Source: Dipteris shenzhenensis (Eukaryota). Taken from it: a DNA stretch of 64,000 nt. Below the pieces are notes generated by a model, which saw only the letters and a list, made by a program, of their open reading frames with translations, was not told the origin of the DNA and did no database searches. Made by a program: the position numbers and the translations under genes. The stretch lies in the NCBI GenBank assembly GCA_047967505.1, contig CM106538.1. The stretch is one strand, 5' to 3'. Shown here one piece after another: positions 1 through 14,000 of this stretch; the first letter of the stretch is position 1, and every line of letters starts with the position of its first letter.

Positions 1-1
1 C

Positions 2-848
2 GTAAGCTTCGAAGATAAAGAGTTGAAGGATGTATGCTCATTACTGGAAGACGACTCCCTGGTAGAGATCGTGGCGGCAACCGAAGTGTCTAAGCCCTTT
101 GCTGGATTTGGATCGTACCGGCTGAGGTATGGCAATGCCCAAGATAATGCACATCGAGCCAGAGCTCGTAACATTATGGGAGGTGGCCGTAACGGATGGT
201 CGTGCGAGGCACCGGCCAAGCTTGGAACTGGTGATAGAAGCCAACGGAATTTGTCCCCGGAAAGACTCGAAGGGAACAAGTCGGGAAGGACAATGCATTC
301 GTCCCTAACCCATATGCGGTCTGTATCTGCATCTTGTCCCATGAACGTTAACAGAGAGCAACCATATCTGATGGATGCAAAGGTTCACCGCAGGCTGCAG
401 AAACAACGCTCTTTCTCGACGGATCTTGATCGAGACGAAGCGTGGGAACGGAAGAAAGACTTGTTTGCTGTGGACGAGTTTGGAGTATCGCACGAGTTGA
501 AACCCAGGGCCGTTGGAAGGAGCGTCTCTGATTGTGGACACAGGGCCTCGTCTGGACATTTTGGTGAGTCTAGGCCCATAACCAGAACTCGGAGTTTGAC
601 GGACGAGGATCTAGAGGAGTTAAGAGGCTGCATCGATCTGGGTTTTGGGTTTAGCTACGATGAAAGTTGTGATTTGAGGGGCACGCTTCCCGCTTTGGAC
701 CTCTACTATGCCATCAATCGGCAGTATGTTGATATCACAAGCCGCTCTTCACCAGCATCTCCTTATGACGGAGTTCTACTGGAACGGACATCCAGCGGGG
801 GTAGCCCTCGCAGCCCCCTCAGCGATGCTTGGAGAGTCTCTAGTCCTG

Positions 849-889
<41 letters not shown>

Positions 890-1043
890 TGGCTGATCTA
901 TACAAATTTTCTCCGAGTGCCCTGTATGCCTTGCTTGATAGCCATTTATGCCTATGGTTGCAGGTGACCACCCTAGTCAAGTGAAAACGAGACTTCGACA
1001 CTGGGCTCAGGCGGTAGCATGCTCCCTGAAGCAGGGGTTATAG
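2..1043 (+). CDS. DUF1685-family plant protein; exon 1 <2..848, GT-AG intron 849..963, exon 2 964..1043; start codon upstream of the window or at ATG 176
   Basis: Exon 1 has RSLTDEDLEELRGCIDLGFGF and LRGTLPALDLYYA. Splicing CCTG|GTATG..TTGCAG|GTGAC restores SSPGDHPSQVKTRLRHWAQAVACSLKQGL*, the typical DUF1685 C-terminus. The frame is open from base 2. Confidence 0.88.
856..887. repeat. (CT)n microsatellite in the DUF1685 intron
   Basis: Perfect CT run just after the splice donor. Confidence 0.95.
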
Positions 1044-1409
1044 TGTGCACGAAATTACCTTTGATTCATGGTTTGAAAGGGAGATTCATGGTTCGAAAGG
1101 GAGACGCGTCGGATTAGCCCTTCCTTTGTGAATACGTAGCCTATGTGACATCAAGAATGACTTTCTTCCTACTCTGGTTCATTTTTACTGGCGTTAACTG
1201 TCGCTGTACCTTGTCGTGGACTATCGTTTCATCCTTTCGCAAGGCTGGTGATCAGAAATTGCAGTCACCTTACATCTATAAATCTGGAGCTGACTTCTGA
1301 CATGGAGTTACACTACTGGAACACTTGAATCGAACAGCACGGCAGTTCAGTGTGCTCCTCTGTCGCTAACGCTGAATGCTAATCATTCTTTGGACGTGTA
1401 TCTGTATGA

Positions 1410-2240
1410 AGAATGTTAAGGTGATGGGATCCACTAAGTTCGAATTTTGATTTGACATTTTAACTATAATTGAAGTTTTTATTTCTCTTCATTTCTACAT
1501 TTGTGGGAGACGTTGAAATGTGGAAGCTTAAGAAAATTTTATAGATGATATCTCATGGGACGCTTGACTAATGAAAGTTGGAACTTGTTGCTATTCTGAG
1601 ATTGTATCTCTCTGCCTACAGTATATTGAAAATCGGTATGGGTATCTAACTCATCCTAAAGGTTGGTCTCCATGATGTAATGGATTAGGAAGAACAACTT
1701 TTTCCCGGAGGGCGGTGCTACATAGGAAAGAGAGAAACGTAGTAAGCATGTTGTGGAACACGTTATTCAAGTAGAAAGACTTCTCGCATAAGAGAAGTTT
1801 GTATCTCTGCAATCTGATGGAAGTGCCAACTAGATTACTGACTTGGATCAATGAACTAGCTTCTTCAATTGGGTTGTTAGAATGTAAAGGTGATAGGATC
1901 CACTAAGTTAAAATTTTGATTTAAAATTTGACTAAGTTTTTATTTCTCTTCATTTCTACATTTTTGGGAGACGTTGAAATGCAGGAAGCTTAAGAAAAAT
2001 TTCAAGATATCTCATGGGATCTCATGGGACGCTTAAGTGGACACTTGATTGCAAATCTAATATTGTAGCTCGCTGCCTATAGTATCTTGAAAATCAGTAT
2101 GGTTATCTAACTCATCATGAGGAAATGGCTAGTAGAAAGAACTACTTTTTCCTTAGAGGGAGGTGGTCCAAAAGAAACACAGAAACTGGCAAGCTTGGTA
2201 AGCTTGCTGTGAAACACTTTATCCAAGTAGAAAGAGATCT
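1410..2240 (+). repeat. Diverged tandem duplication, period about 470 bp (about 1410-1780 and 1880-2240)
   Basis: Shared blocks in the same order: GGATCCACTAAGTT, TTTTATTTCTCTTCATTTCTACATTT, GGGAGACGTTGAAATG, ATCTAACTCATC, CAAGTAGAAAGA. Confidence 0.85.
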
Positions 2241-2814
2241 CGACCAATTTGGATTGCGAAGTGGCAACCCGTTTCATGAGAGGGTCCCTTTTATACATGA
2301 TCCACATGGCATATGGACACTTATACTTCAGGAAGTTGGGTTGGACACATTGTACAGTATCAGCAAATTAACCCAAGAGTACTATCACTTCTAGAATCCC
2401 TGCACTAAGTGGAAACCAAAACTATCTTCCCTAAAGTCTGCTTAGTATGTTAGGTTAGCCTAAGTTAATTTGGTGTCCACATCTTTGTACTATGTTGACG
2501 TGTCTGTTTTGGGAAGTCAAATATCAAGTTACTGGACACATCAACAAAAGTGATGGAGTGTTAGCCCGAAAGGCAAATTTCGATTGCCTGATACAGTAAT
2601 TTGATGGTTTGGATAAAAGGAATCCACTAAGTTCTGTTGTGGGATTGTCTAATTATGTCTAACTATTTGAGTTGACGTGAGAGCAGATCGGATATGGCAC
2701 CGATTGCCTCCATAGACTTAAGAGGGAGAAATATGCCTTTGACCACCTAGCCAGATCACCACGGCATGCGCGCAGCACCTTGGCACGTCGTACCCTCTAG
2801 AATGACACGCCTAT

Positions 2815-2967
2815 CAATTATTTGATATGAGATGAAAGAGTGGATGAAGCTATATTATCGATCAAGCAGAATTTGCAGTTGCAATCTCGTTATTCTCGTT
2901 TTGTCTTTTTATACATAAATATCTGAAGAATGCTGAATTTTCTAAAGGGTCTGGTTTCCTTTGTGAC
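2815..2967 (+). repeat. Old LTR-end-like repeat, diverged partner of about 7400-7577
   Basis: ATGAGATG..TGGATGAA..TTAT..AAGCAG..CAATCTCGTTATT..AAAG.G..TGGTT.CCTTT shared with 7400-7577, which ends in TAACA; no TSD found. Confidence 0.45.
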
Positions 2968-5900
2968 CGGCCATGAAAGCGGAAATGGAGAGAAAATTAA
3001 GGCCCATGAATGAGACAACGGTCCATGAGGGGCATTCCAGTACGTTTTGGAAGATAATATGTAAACCGACCTGCCCTGCAACATCTGAGGACGAAGGTCA
3101 TTTACAGTTCCTTCCATTGAAATTGAAGTTTGCTGGCGAACCTGAATCAAGGATAATAGTTGATAGTTTCTTTCCTGGTTGTTGAGTGGTTCTTTGTTCT
3201 TGCTTCTATCTAATTTCATCCCTTTGTCCACGCTGAGAAATCCCTAAGCTTCCCTCCAAGCCGCTGCCCCCGGCCCAAGCTGGCGGAGTCATGAAATTCT
3301 TATGTGTCGGGGGTTTCGTGGAGCGCCATGATGGGTTTCGATAAGGTGCTTAAAAATGGTTTGGGTAGAATCTTGAATTGCCGATGATTAGAGATTTATT
3401 CGTACTTTTCCCTCTTGAAAATTTGCTGCAATCTGTTTTTATCCATCTCTGATCATGAGCAAAATTATGTCCTAAATCTATTGAATGTTTTTGGCGTGGT
3501 AGCCTAAGTGAAGCCACGGGCTTTTGAAGAAGCTCATTTTTCCACGGGATGAGCGCCACTTGGTAGAAATTTTTCCTTTTAGCCCCTCCTCTCTCTCTCT
3601 TCCCGCCCCCCTCCCTCCGTCTCTTCCTTTCGCTCTCTTTCTTACTCCTCTCCTGCACGCCTATTGAATGATACATATCATTCATCTTGTTTTTAAATTG
3701 AAATAAATCTACTGAATGTTAATGTTATTGTACTGCGGTGTATACATTGATTCAACGAGCATACCTGTCTTTATAGCTTCCATATCTTTATCAATGTGAG
3801 AGTACAAAAGGGAGACAGCCTGTGTGGCGACCATGGTAGATGCATGAAGCAGCATGATGTAATGACAAACTAAGAAGATGGATCAATACGCTGCGTAACA
3901 TTTCATGTGTAATTCACAACAAGCGTGAAAGAAAAATAGTTGATAAAGAAAAGTAAAACAGAATAAATGTTGCTTGAAAGGAGATGCATATGTAATTGAG
4001 GCCATCGAGGGGCATCAATCGGCATTAAAAAAAAGGCCCGGGCCAGCGCAGATTGTCAGGAGGAAGAATATGAAAGGGAGTAACCAATCTCTCTGGAAAT
4101 TCGTGAAACCACCCACGACTTGTGAAGAGCAAGACCAAGGTTTTTTGAATGTAAACCCATGTCATCCGACCTGATGATTGAGAAGTAAGCAACGTTTTAA
4201 GTCACACTGCCATGATCTCTGTGTGGGGAACAAACTAGAGAAACAAAATGAAAGCAGCCTATAAGCTAGGTTATTGGGCTTCTAAATGCTGGGGTAAAGG
4301 CACTTTCACAAGAGTAGGCGCAAGAGTACAGGGATTTTAGCGGATCATTTGCAAGGCTTTCAAAAAAAAAAAGTTACCTCACATTTCTTCTCTTTCCTTC
4401 TCTCTTGATTTTCACTGTAGAATTTTGGACTATATATCAACAAAAAGCTAAATTTTGCAATTGGATATAATCTAGTCTTACAAAGGTATATATAAACAGC
4501 AGCCAGACTGTACAGCACACATGTGAGGCTACAAAGGGGCTATAGGTGTGAACCAGAGTGAGGAAGATCAACTTATGAATTGTGCACATGTAAAGGAGAA
4601 CGAAGCCTACCTTGCAAATCACTTGTGGGCCAGAAATCAATCCTGTGCTAAAACAACCTTGGGAAAGTAGAACTCATGTAAAACATCCAGTATCAGATCT
4701 GATTGACTTGCTCTATGTAGTAAGAGGCAAATTATATAAGTTTTAACGAGTAACAGACAACCCCTACAAAGTTCTGAATGCTGATATGAAAAACGTATGA
4801 GAACGTGGAAGAAGGGAACTTATGAAGACTTATGCTACCATCGACAACACTATCCGTTGGTTGTATGGTTTGCTGAGATACATTTGTACTTGTTTTTCCT
4901 ACTTATATCTGCATCTGATTGTCAATGGGGAAATCAAAGATGCTCATTGGGTGGTGATGCTAATCGTGGTGAGAAAGATTGTTATCTTTATTGATGCAAG
5001 AATGACTGACAACTCGTTTATAGGATGAAGTATTGTCCATTGCTCTTGGATCCAAAATCTTATGATGTTTTTCTTGCTCTATTAAGGAAAAGTCTATCAA
5101 GAAGATCAAGAAGCTGATATCAGATAAGACCTGATTTAAAAGTGTTTGGAGAACTGGACAACATCTAGCTTGTTTTATAAATGAATCATGCCAACCAGTT
5201 CAGCATGCTTTCATAAGCAGCTTGAGAAGCAAGAAGATGAATTACCAGGTGTTGAAGAAGATCAAGAAGAGCTTTGCTATGCTGATCAAGATCAAGATCA
5301 AGATCCAGAATCACATGATACTCGGGCTTATTCACTGGCTTTTACTATTGATGTGATGTGGAAGTATCCAGATGAAAATTTTTAGGAACCTTAGTTTAGA
5401 CACCTTAAAATAAGGAAGGTTTGGATTTGATTCTAATCAGCTTGAATGTAGTGATGTTGCTCATACAAATAGTTCAAAATCAGTTCAAAACCAAAAAGCT
5501 AGTGTCTATTTTGATATTTATGCACCATCTTCTGTGGATTAATTGCCATCTTTCATGTGGGATGACGAAGATATTTAGAAGTATGAAGATATTAATGGGG
5601 TAGAAAATTATTGGACAATTTCAAGAACATATTTTTCAGATTTGGATGATGACTTTTTAAGGTTTGATGATGATGATTTATGTGATATCGTTGTTGCTGG
5701 CACAAATGAGGATGTTTATTGAATATATGGTGAATATACAATCATATTTTGATTCTATTTTAGATGTAGTTTTAGGTCCCTAAGTAGCTTCAGATTTCTA
5801 TTTAGATGCAAATGCAGATTCAACAAAAATAAATTCAAATAATTATGGGGGTGTTGTTGACCATACTTGTCATTATGATGAGATGGAGAGAATAAAAGTT

Positions 5901-6506
5901 GAGGGTATATGGAAGAACCAAAGGAGCCAAAAGAGCCAAGAAGAGTACTCAAATAACCCCTATTTCATTCTGGGTGTTTCCAAGAATTGGTGGAAGGTCA
6001 TAATAAGGATGTACAAAAAATTAAGATTCAAAATTGAGTTAGAATTGATGGGAGGTCAAAATAGCGATAGGAGTACTTTGCTTTTATTGGTCAAGTTTGG
6101 CACTCTCTTATCTAACCGCTAGGCACCACTAGGAGGTTGGCTGGTGAATCAAGGTCCCTCTTGAGTTTCCTCTGTCTCCTCAATGGTCTACATTTGCGAC
6201 AACATGAGATATTGGAGCCATATTTTGGTTTCAATGGCACTGATTATCCAATTGGCCCACCCATATTGCACGCAACTTCCCCTTGCCAAACAGGTGCAAT
6301 GGCATATTGGACCTCCTCCTAAAACATTGCATCTAGAATCATCACTCCTTATTAGGGGATCCCTTGCCAAGGTTGTTTTATGAATTACAATGGGAGAGTC
6401 ATTCAACATCGTCATGCTCAAAAGAATGCTAATGGACCCACCACTATGCATGGATTAATCGTCTCTACTTAGTCATCTAGAAGACTGTCTTGTAAGCATT
6501 GCGCAT

Positions 6507-6980
6507 CTACAACAAACTAAAAATATACAACAAACTCAAAAACTACAACGAACTGAAAATCTACAACAAATTGAAAGATTGTATCATATTAAAATTTTAT
6601 AGTAACAAAAAAATTTGTAACAACTATTAGATTAGAAAACTTAGGAGTGTATTTCATGAAGACAAAAATATCGATTCGGGGAGACAAATTTCAGAAAATC
6701 ACAATCCAACAATTCATGTTTTCTTCATGCAACTGTTGAGATCCTACACTTAGTATGGTTTTATGGTTTTTCACCTTGTGCTTCATCGACACATTTTCTT
6801 GAGGGTATGCCATTTTTTGTACATTTCCTTATGATGGGGTGAATCAATAAAGAACAATTGTTCTTGTCCTTGTGACACAATAAAGACATGTGAATAAGCC
6901 TCACCCTAAGTGTTGAATTATATGAATCAATAAAGAAAAATTGTTCTTGTCCTTGTAATACAATAAAGACATATGAATAA
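6507..6980. repeat. Short tandem repeats: 18-bp unit x4 (6507-6576) and about 58-bp direct repeat (6840-6897, 6923-6980)
   Basis: TACAACAAACT.AAAA.. x4; TGAATCAATAAAGAA.AATTGTTCTTGTCCTTGT..ACAATAAAGACAT.TGAATAA x2. Confidence 0.75.
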
Positions 6981-7949
6981 CCCCTTCCCATACTCATAGT
7001 TTTTACGTAGAAAACCATGTTAAGGTTAGGCATGGATCGCTCCATGTGCTTGGAGCATAGATTTGATTCTTGGTTTTACATATTCATATCGTATGATCTA
7101 GCATGGTATCACATGTATATGTTATGTGCACAACATTAGGGTGATCCTATTATGTTTTGCAAGGGAAGATAGTGGGTTTAAGTACAAGTTTTTTTCAAAT
7201 CCTAACCATTATGTGTGACCATGTTAAGCCTGCACTTTCTTTAGAAGGAATATGGAACATCATGAGACATAGGGATATGGAAATTCATTAGTCACATAGA
7301 TATGAGAGGTGATCAATCATAGATATAGAAGGTCATAAGTCTTAGATTTGTCTATATATACTCATCTCTCTTCAAAACTCACTATCTATATATCATATCA
7401 TTATCTGACTATGAGATGGATGGATGGATGAACTATTATTAATTAAGCAGTTGTGTAATTCCAATCTCGTTATTTTATTTTTGGCATTCTTATTGCTCTA
7501 TATATGCTTATAAAGTATCTACTACATGTTCTATGATATTTTTCGAAATCTTTTAAAGAGTTTGGTTACCTTTAACACTAATCCCTTGAATTGTTTGTGG
7601 GTTAGGCTAGTGGCAAAGGTTTTGGGCTGTGGAAACTATGGTCATGGGTCCGACTCCTACAATATGACTGTAGTGTTTTTAAGCCTCTCATTACACAACT
7701 CATCACTTGAAAAAAAAATTAATTCTAACAATGGAACCATGAAAAATAGAAGAACCACACATATAAATTCAACTTGAACATTCTTTTTTAACATCTTTTA
7801 ACTTTTGTTCAACAACGTGTGTCCCAGTAGTCAATACAAGATCTAAAAGAAGTCATAGTTGATGACAAATTTTCCTTTATAATGCCTAATTTTTATCCCT
7901 CAAGCATCATCAAGGAGGTTCATTTGTGTGCAATTCCAATCTGGATGCA

Positions 7950-10400
7950 AGGCTGCATAATGACTAGATGAGAGGACATGGCATGGGGTTTGGGCAAGGG
8001 CGAATTTGGTTCTGAAAGAATGTGCTCCTTTAATACTCGTATTGTAAGATGTAGAGTGTCTTGGGAGACAATCTTGAGTATCCTGCAAGTTTATGATAGC
8101 AAAAGTAGAAGCTATTCATATCTCAAGAGGAAAGAAAAGCTACAGCATAGTGTAAATTTAGGATGCAATAGCAACATATGTGGAGGATTCATAAAATCAA
8201 GCATAATAACAAGAACTGAGGTGATCTGGAGGACACAAATTTGAGAGAGGAAGAGCTAGAAAATATCAGAAGACTTCCCGATAATATGTTCACTACAAGT
8301 GAGAATGTAAGGGCGATGTGAAGAAAAACATTATGTTGTGTACATGTGAGCAGTCTATGATAGTAGAAGGAGTAATTCAAAGATAAAAAAGTGTAGTTTT
8401 CGGAGTGGCCCATGTAATCAATTGAAGGAAGCAACTTCTATACAAATGAAAGATTACCTCATGGCTTGCAAATGTTACTCAACCAACAATGAAGCATCCA
8501 TTTAACTAAGAACATTATCATTAAAAATAAAAGTACATGTTAAGGACTAAAATTAGATAGGCAATCAAAGAAAGAGCAAGAACTGAATAACATCATTACA
8601 ATTAAGCACTGAAGAAGTGCACGATTTTAAGGAGCCATTCTTTGATAACATTGTGGTGCTATCACTATGATATTCTAAGAATAAAGTATGGTTATTGAAG
8701 ATGCATGAGCAAGCATGTGAACCAAGGCAAAATTAAAGCATTGATCAGAGGAAGCATAGATTTCAAGACACAATGCTTCTGGAAGAAAATGTTAATGCCA
8801 GAAGAATTGGACAGGAATTGTAGAATGAAAGTTGCCAAAATGGAAGCCCAACAATGGAAGATTAAATAATGGGATTCAAGGCAACTAGGAAGGCACAATA
8901 GAGTAGAAAGAATATTTTAATCGAGGACAATGAAAGGTTCAAAGAATTGAAGGGTTATAGAGTGTTAATCATAACTAATTAGAAATGAACACTGATAAGG
9001 TCTGAACCAAAGAAAGTATAGAAATTTCATGGTTGCAAGATTACCAAAAGATTGAACTGTGTTGTAAAGATCACATATGAACAGAAGGCAAGTTTCTCAT
9101 CTTTGAATTGTTAAAATTATGCAAAAGTTGAAGTAATATTTGCTTCTAAATACTTAGCTCCATGTGGATAAACGTTTTGAAAATGTTAATGCCATGTTTT
9201 GGTAGGAAATGTCGTGTTTGGCTTAGATCTTGGTATTGCACCAAGCTCTCCCTATCAATCATGCATTTCATCTCGCATTGGTGTGGGGCACTGATTTGCG
9301 GGAGCCTTGGCATGATCATTTGATTTCTTGATTTTGAAATGGGTAAGGAGAAGAAGAAGAAATGTTTTATTTGCATGAAGCATGATCATCGTAAACATGA
9401 ATGCCATTTATTTGTGTGATCCATATCAAAAACTCTAAGGTCAAATACCCTCCAACAAGCTTCTTGGTGATATCTAGTGGATCCACTACTCCATCTAGTC
9501 TTGCAATCATGCATCTTAATGCATCTACTACTCTCTCCCTTAATACCTTTACAAAAAATGTGAGAGAAGTGAATGTGAAGGAGGGATACATTGTTTGTGG
9601 GAATACTATTGTCTACATTGACACAAAGATGGTTGAGAATGTACTGAAAGTCCCTAGAGGCAACTTACAAGCTAGTTTCTTATAGTGTCATTGGAAGAAA
9701 CATGACGTTGTTATGACATAACGTTGTTAAGGATTTTCCCTTGTGTGAGTGGAGCCAAGGTTTTGAGCTTACCAAAAGAAGTTCAGAAAATGTTAAAGAA
9801 AATGAGGCATTTCTATACAAATTCTCAAGAAATCACAAATTGCTGGCAAGTTTAGGCACCACAAGAGCAACTCTGCAGAGGTGAGGTCTCCTATTCAAAG
9901 GTGATTACTAGAACCTTGTTAACCAACTCAAAGAATAATTTTGAGCACACGTCTCCACTATCATCTTAGGCCAATGAGTTTGGATATGCACCACCCAACT
10001 TGTAACTCACCTATGCTAATTAGATGAGGAGATGAGGAAGGCATAGAGGAAAGCCAATGAAGCACAATCAAATGCGGTATTTGAATGTCATCTCAAGGAA
10101 GAGTAGACAAAATACAAGGTAGTTGTAGCACACACAAAGAAATCATAAGCACAGATGCTAGAAAATCTACAACTAGTGTTGGAACATCTAAAACATCAAG
10201 CTCCTTAACTATACAAAATTGATGCTAGAAGATCTAGAATTAGTATTGGAACATCTAAAACATCAAACTTATTGTTTGGAGTAGTATCCTCTTCACACAT
10301 ATGCTTGTCATGCAAGCATAATTACCCATCGATATTGCCAGCTTTGACACCATCATGTTGCATCCTCGGATGCTTGTGATCTAGCCTATGCCCTTGTCTT
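7950..10400 (+). mobile_element. Highly degenerate LTR-retrotransposon-like remnant
   Basis: A-rich decayed coding-like sequence with weak gag-like fragments; no clean motifs or boundaries. Confidence 0.25.
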
Positions 10401-11005
10401 TGTGTTGATAGAAAACTAAGCAATAAGAAATAATTCATACCTCTTACCTACTAGAATATGTCAACATCATTCAAACTTATGGTTTAGGGAAAGTGAGGGC
10501 TCTCCCTAGATCTTTTTACTCTCAATCTTCTCATGCGTTCCTCCTTTAGCCATTATCAGTCCATTAACTCCATTTGGCTAATTTTGTACTTCAAGATTTT
10601 CTTATTCCAAAATTTGATCCATATTTATGTCATCATCCACACTTTGGACATCATCTAGAACATTTGGAATATGAACAATGTGTTCATCAACTTCAGCTTT
10701 CTTTTCTTTTCTTTTTTAACATTCAGCCTTAGAACTCAGTCAATCCATTGGCTAAATTTGATGCTAACATAGGTTCAGATGGGGGTTGCACTTGACTTAT
10801 TTGAGCAATACCCTAGTGGACTCCTTGATTCCCAATCATTGATGACAACCACCATTCATTGTCATCTTACCTTCATGATCTTCATGCTGTTAGATATGTG
10901 TAACTATGCGGGAACCAGCTAACTCTACTTGTAAGCCCCCCATATGAGGAGAAGGCATTTGAGTAGCTCGGTTATCTAGTAGGTCCTGGTTTGGACACAA
11001 GATGG

Positions 11006-14000
11006 TGTGGGGGTTAAAGGTCACTGTGCCTTAACCCCAGTTATGTACAATACTCAAACACATATATAAATGAATGAAAAAGAAGATTAGGGTGGTTCTG
11101 CACCCACCAAAACTTGTGTGGCTCTCTGTCTCTCTCTCTCCTTCTTCTGTTCTTGCTTCTGTTGAGAGCACTCTCAACTGGTATCAGAGCCTGGGTGATC
11201 TAGCTGAGCGTGCGTGAATGCTTGAAGCTCAGTAGCTCTGTGGGAGAAAGGAGAAGCTTTGTGGGTGACTTTACTTGCATCCGAGTATGCAGAGACCTTG
11301 GAGGAACCTTTGGAAAAGTCACTTTGGCTTTGCGAAGTGGTTTTGAGAGCCTGTTAAGAGCTTTCAAAGAAAAAGTCGTTTTTTGAGCTTTTCCCTGTTC
11401 CGTTCGACGACACAGACTCCATATTAACTTGTAGAGGCAACTATTTCTTGCTTTTGGTGTCCACTTCACTTCAGGAGCTTGGAAACACCTTCATTCTTGA
11501 ATCTGGGGTCATTTCATTAGATTTCTAACTCACTGTGTCAATTCCTGCGTTTTTTGCTCGGGTGTTGGAACTCAAGTTTGGAGCAACCATTTGCAGATCT
11601 GTCAGTTCCAGTGGACTCAGGAGGTCCTAAAACTTCTATGTTGCTCATCATTCGCACTCCGGTGGAGTTTACAAACAGCTCTGTTTTCAAAAACGTTTTT
11701 CAGCCCGTGTGTTGGACCCAGTGATTGAGACCACGGTTTCCAAAACCGTCTGTCCCATTGCGTTCCGGACGCCCAAAAACCCCTACCTGTCAGTTCTTGC
11801 ACGATTCGGTGGAGGATTTTCAGAGTTATAGATCTCTGTGTATTCGATTTCGTCTCTCTGTTATGCATTTTTTCATTCTAAGGTTTTGAAACCTTAGATT
11901 TATGCCACATGGCAGTGGATAAGTGTTGACTCCCATTTCTCACTCATCGGTTGGGATTTTGGAGTTCTGGCAGAAGAGAGATATTTGTAGATTTTCCTGC
12001 TGAGTCCGATTATGCAATGGCGCCCATGTTTTGAAGCATCTCAGGTTCTATTTTCAGTAGCGCTCATTACCGTGGGACTATGATTTCTTGAGCATACCTT
12101 ATGCAGATCACTCTGGTTGCAGTTTGAGCAGTGTGCGCTCATTCGTGGTGTGCATTGGGTTGCAGTGGATGATTTATAGGCCATTTGGATGCATTGCGGT
12201 CCTTATTGGACGTGCTGATAGGCCCAAATTGCCTTGTGGGATGCTATTTTTTATGGACGCTTTGCACATGGATGCTATTTTATGCTGAGGGATAGCTTTG
12301 ACACATTGCTGGTGATGCACTGATAGTGCTATGCTCTCTTGGATGAGATATAATTGATGCATATGCCAGTGGACGGTGTTTATGCTTGAGTCATTTGGCA
12401 CTTATTGGCAGTTTCTTTTGGGCCAGATTTGCTCATATGGATGCATAGTATATGCACATGAGTCAGATGCATCTTTTGATGCTTTGAGCTTCGAGTTTTG
12501 GTGATATTTCACTCTATTGTGGCATACACATTTGGGTGCACCTAGTATTTGGTGTGATTCTCTCTTGCAGGCACTAGCATTTGGGATTTTGTTTCATTTG
12601 CATCATGGCATCCTCTTCCACATCTGAAAAGGAGTTTTTCAGCATTAAAAAGTTTGATGGGACAAACTTTTCTTTGTGGAAAGAACAAATAAGGGATGTG
12701 CTTATTCAAAAGAAGCAGATTAAACCCTTGGCAGGGATTGAAGCTAAGCCTGCGGATATGTCTGAGGATGATTGGAATGAGTTGGATGCATTAGCAAAGT
12801 CTACTATTAGACTTCATCTTGCAGAGTCAGTTTATTTCACAGTAGTAAATGAGTTGACTACGGAAGATTTGTGGAAGAAACTGTGTGCCACTTATGAGAA
12901 GGAAACTGCCTCTAATAAAGTTTACCTCATGAAGAGGTTGTTTGAGCTGCAAATGAAGGAAGGGGTCTCCATTGCTTCTCACTTGAATGAATTCAATATT
13001 ATTTTCAGCCAGCTTTAGGCTCAGAAACTGAATTTTGATGCGGAGACTAAGGCAATATTTCTCTTATGTTCATTGCCATCCTCATGGGATACCTTCCGTA
13101 CAGCTGTCAGTAACTCTGCACCTGGTGGAGTACTGAAATTTGATGATGTTGTGGGTATCTTGTTGGCCGAGGAGATTAGATGGAAGTCTATGGATGGCAA
13201 CAAGCAGGATGCAGCCTTAAATGTGCAAAGGGGCAGATCACAGTTCAGGGGGAAGTCCCAAGAAAGAGTGAAGTCACGTAGCAAATCCAGAGCACGGAAC
13301 ATTGAGTGTTACCATTGTGGCAAGAAGGGCCATATGAAAAAGGATTGCTACAAGCTGAAAAGAGAGCAAAAGGATAAGAAAAAGAATGCAAATTGGGGTG
13401 CAAATCAAAAGGAAGAGAGTCCAAGGGAGGACAAAGGAAAAGTGAAGATCGAGGAGATCAATGCAGTCACACATGATAGTGACAATGATGTTCTCTTCAT
13501 GTCTACTTTATCTGCAGAGTTGCTTTACCACTTCAGATGATGCATATTCCCAGGATTGGATTTTGGATTCTGGTGCTTCATTCCATGTTACTCCCCATAG
13601 CGAATGGTTCTCCACTTATGATAGTGGAAAGATAGGTTGTGTGCATCTTGGAAATGACTATGCATGTGACATAGTGGGAGCAGGTGACATAAAGTTTTCT
13701 TTTGCAAATGGGTCTGCATTTGTTTTGAAACATGTGAGACATGTGCCTAAGCTGACCAAGAGTCTTATTTCAGTGGGTCAGCTAGATGATGCTGGTTTTC
13801 ACACCACTTTTGGCTTTCAAAGTTGGAAAATTCAAAAGGGCTCTATGCTTTTGGCCAGGGGTGCCAAGTGTGGGACTTTGTATCCCTTACATGTATCAGG
13901 GGTATTTGATCATGTTGTTGCAATAACCGAGCAGCCAAGCACTTCTTTGTGGCATTGTAGGTTGGGGCACATGAGCCAAAATGGAATGAAACTCTTATGC

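Noticed and set aside
849-967. C-terminal part of the 314-aa ORF (MYSLSLSLSL..GCR)
   Set aside because: Translation of an intron containing a CT microsatellite; splicing restores the conserved terminus
3240-3700. Possible gene or LINE 5' end on the minus strand
   Set aside because: No conserved motif or splice structure could be supported
6183-6383. VYICDNM resembling the Copia RNase H motif YCDN
   Set aside because: No other RNase H or RT motifs in register; likely chance or too decayed to call
13461-13540. Overlap of gag and pol ORFs as a programmed frameshift
   Set aside because: Copia gag-pol is normally one frame, there is no clear slippery site, and a 1-nt insertion in a copy with other lesions explains it
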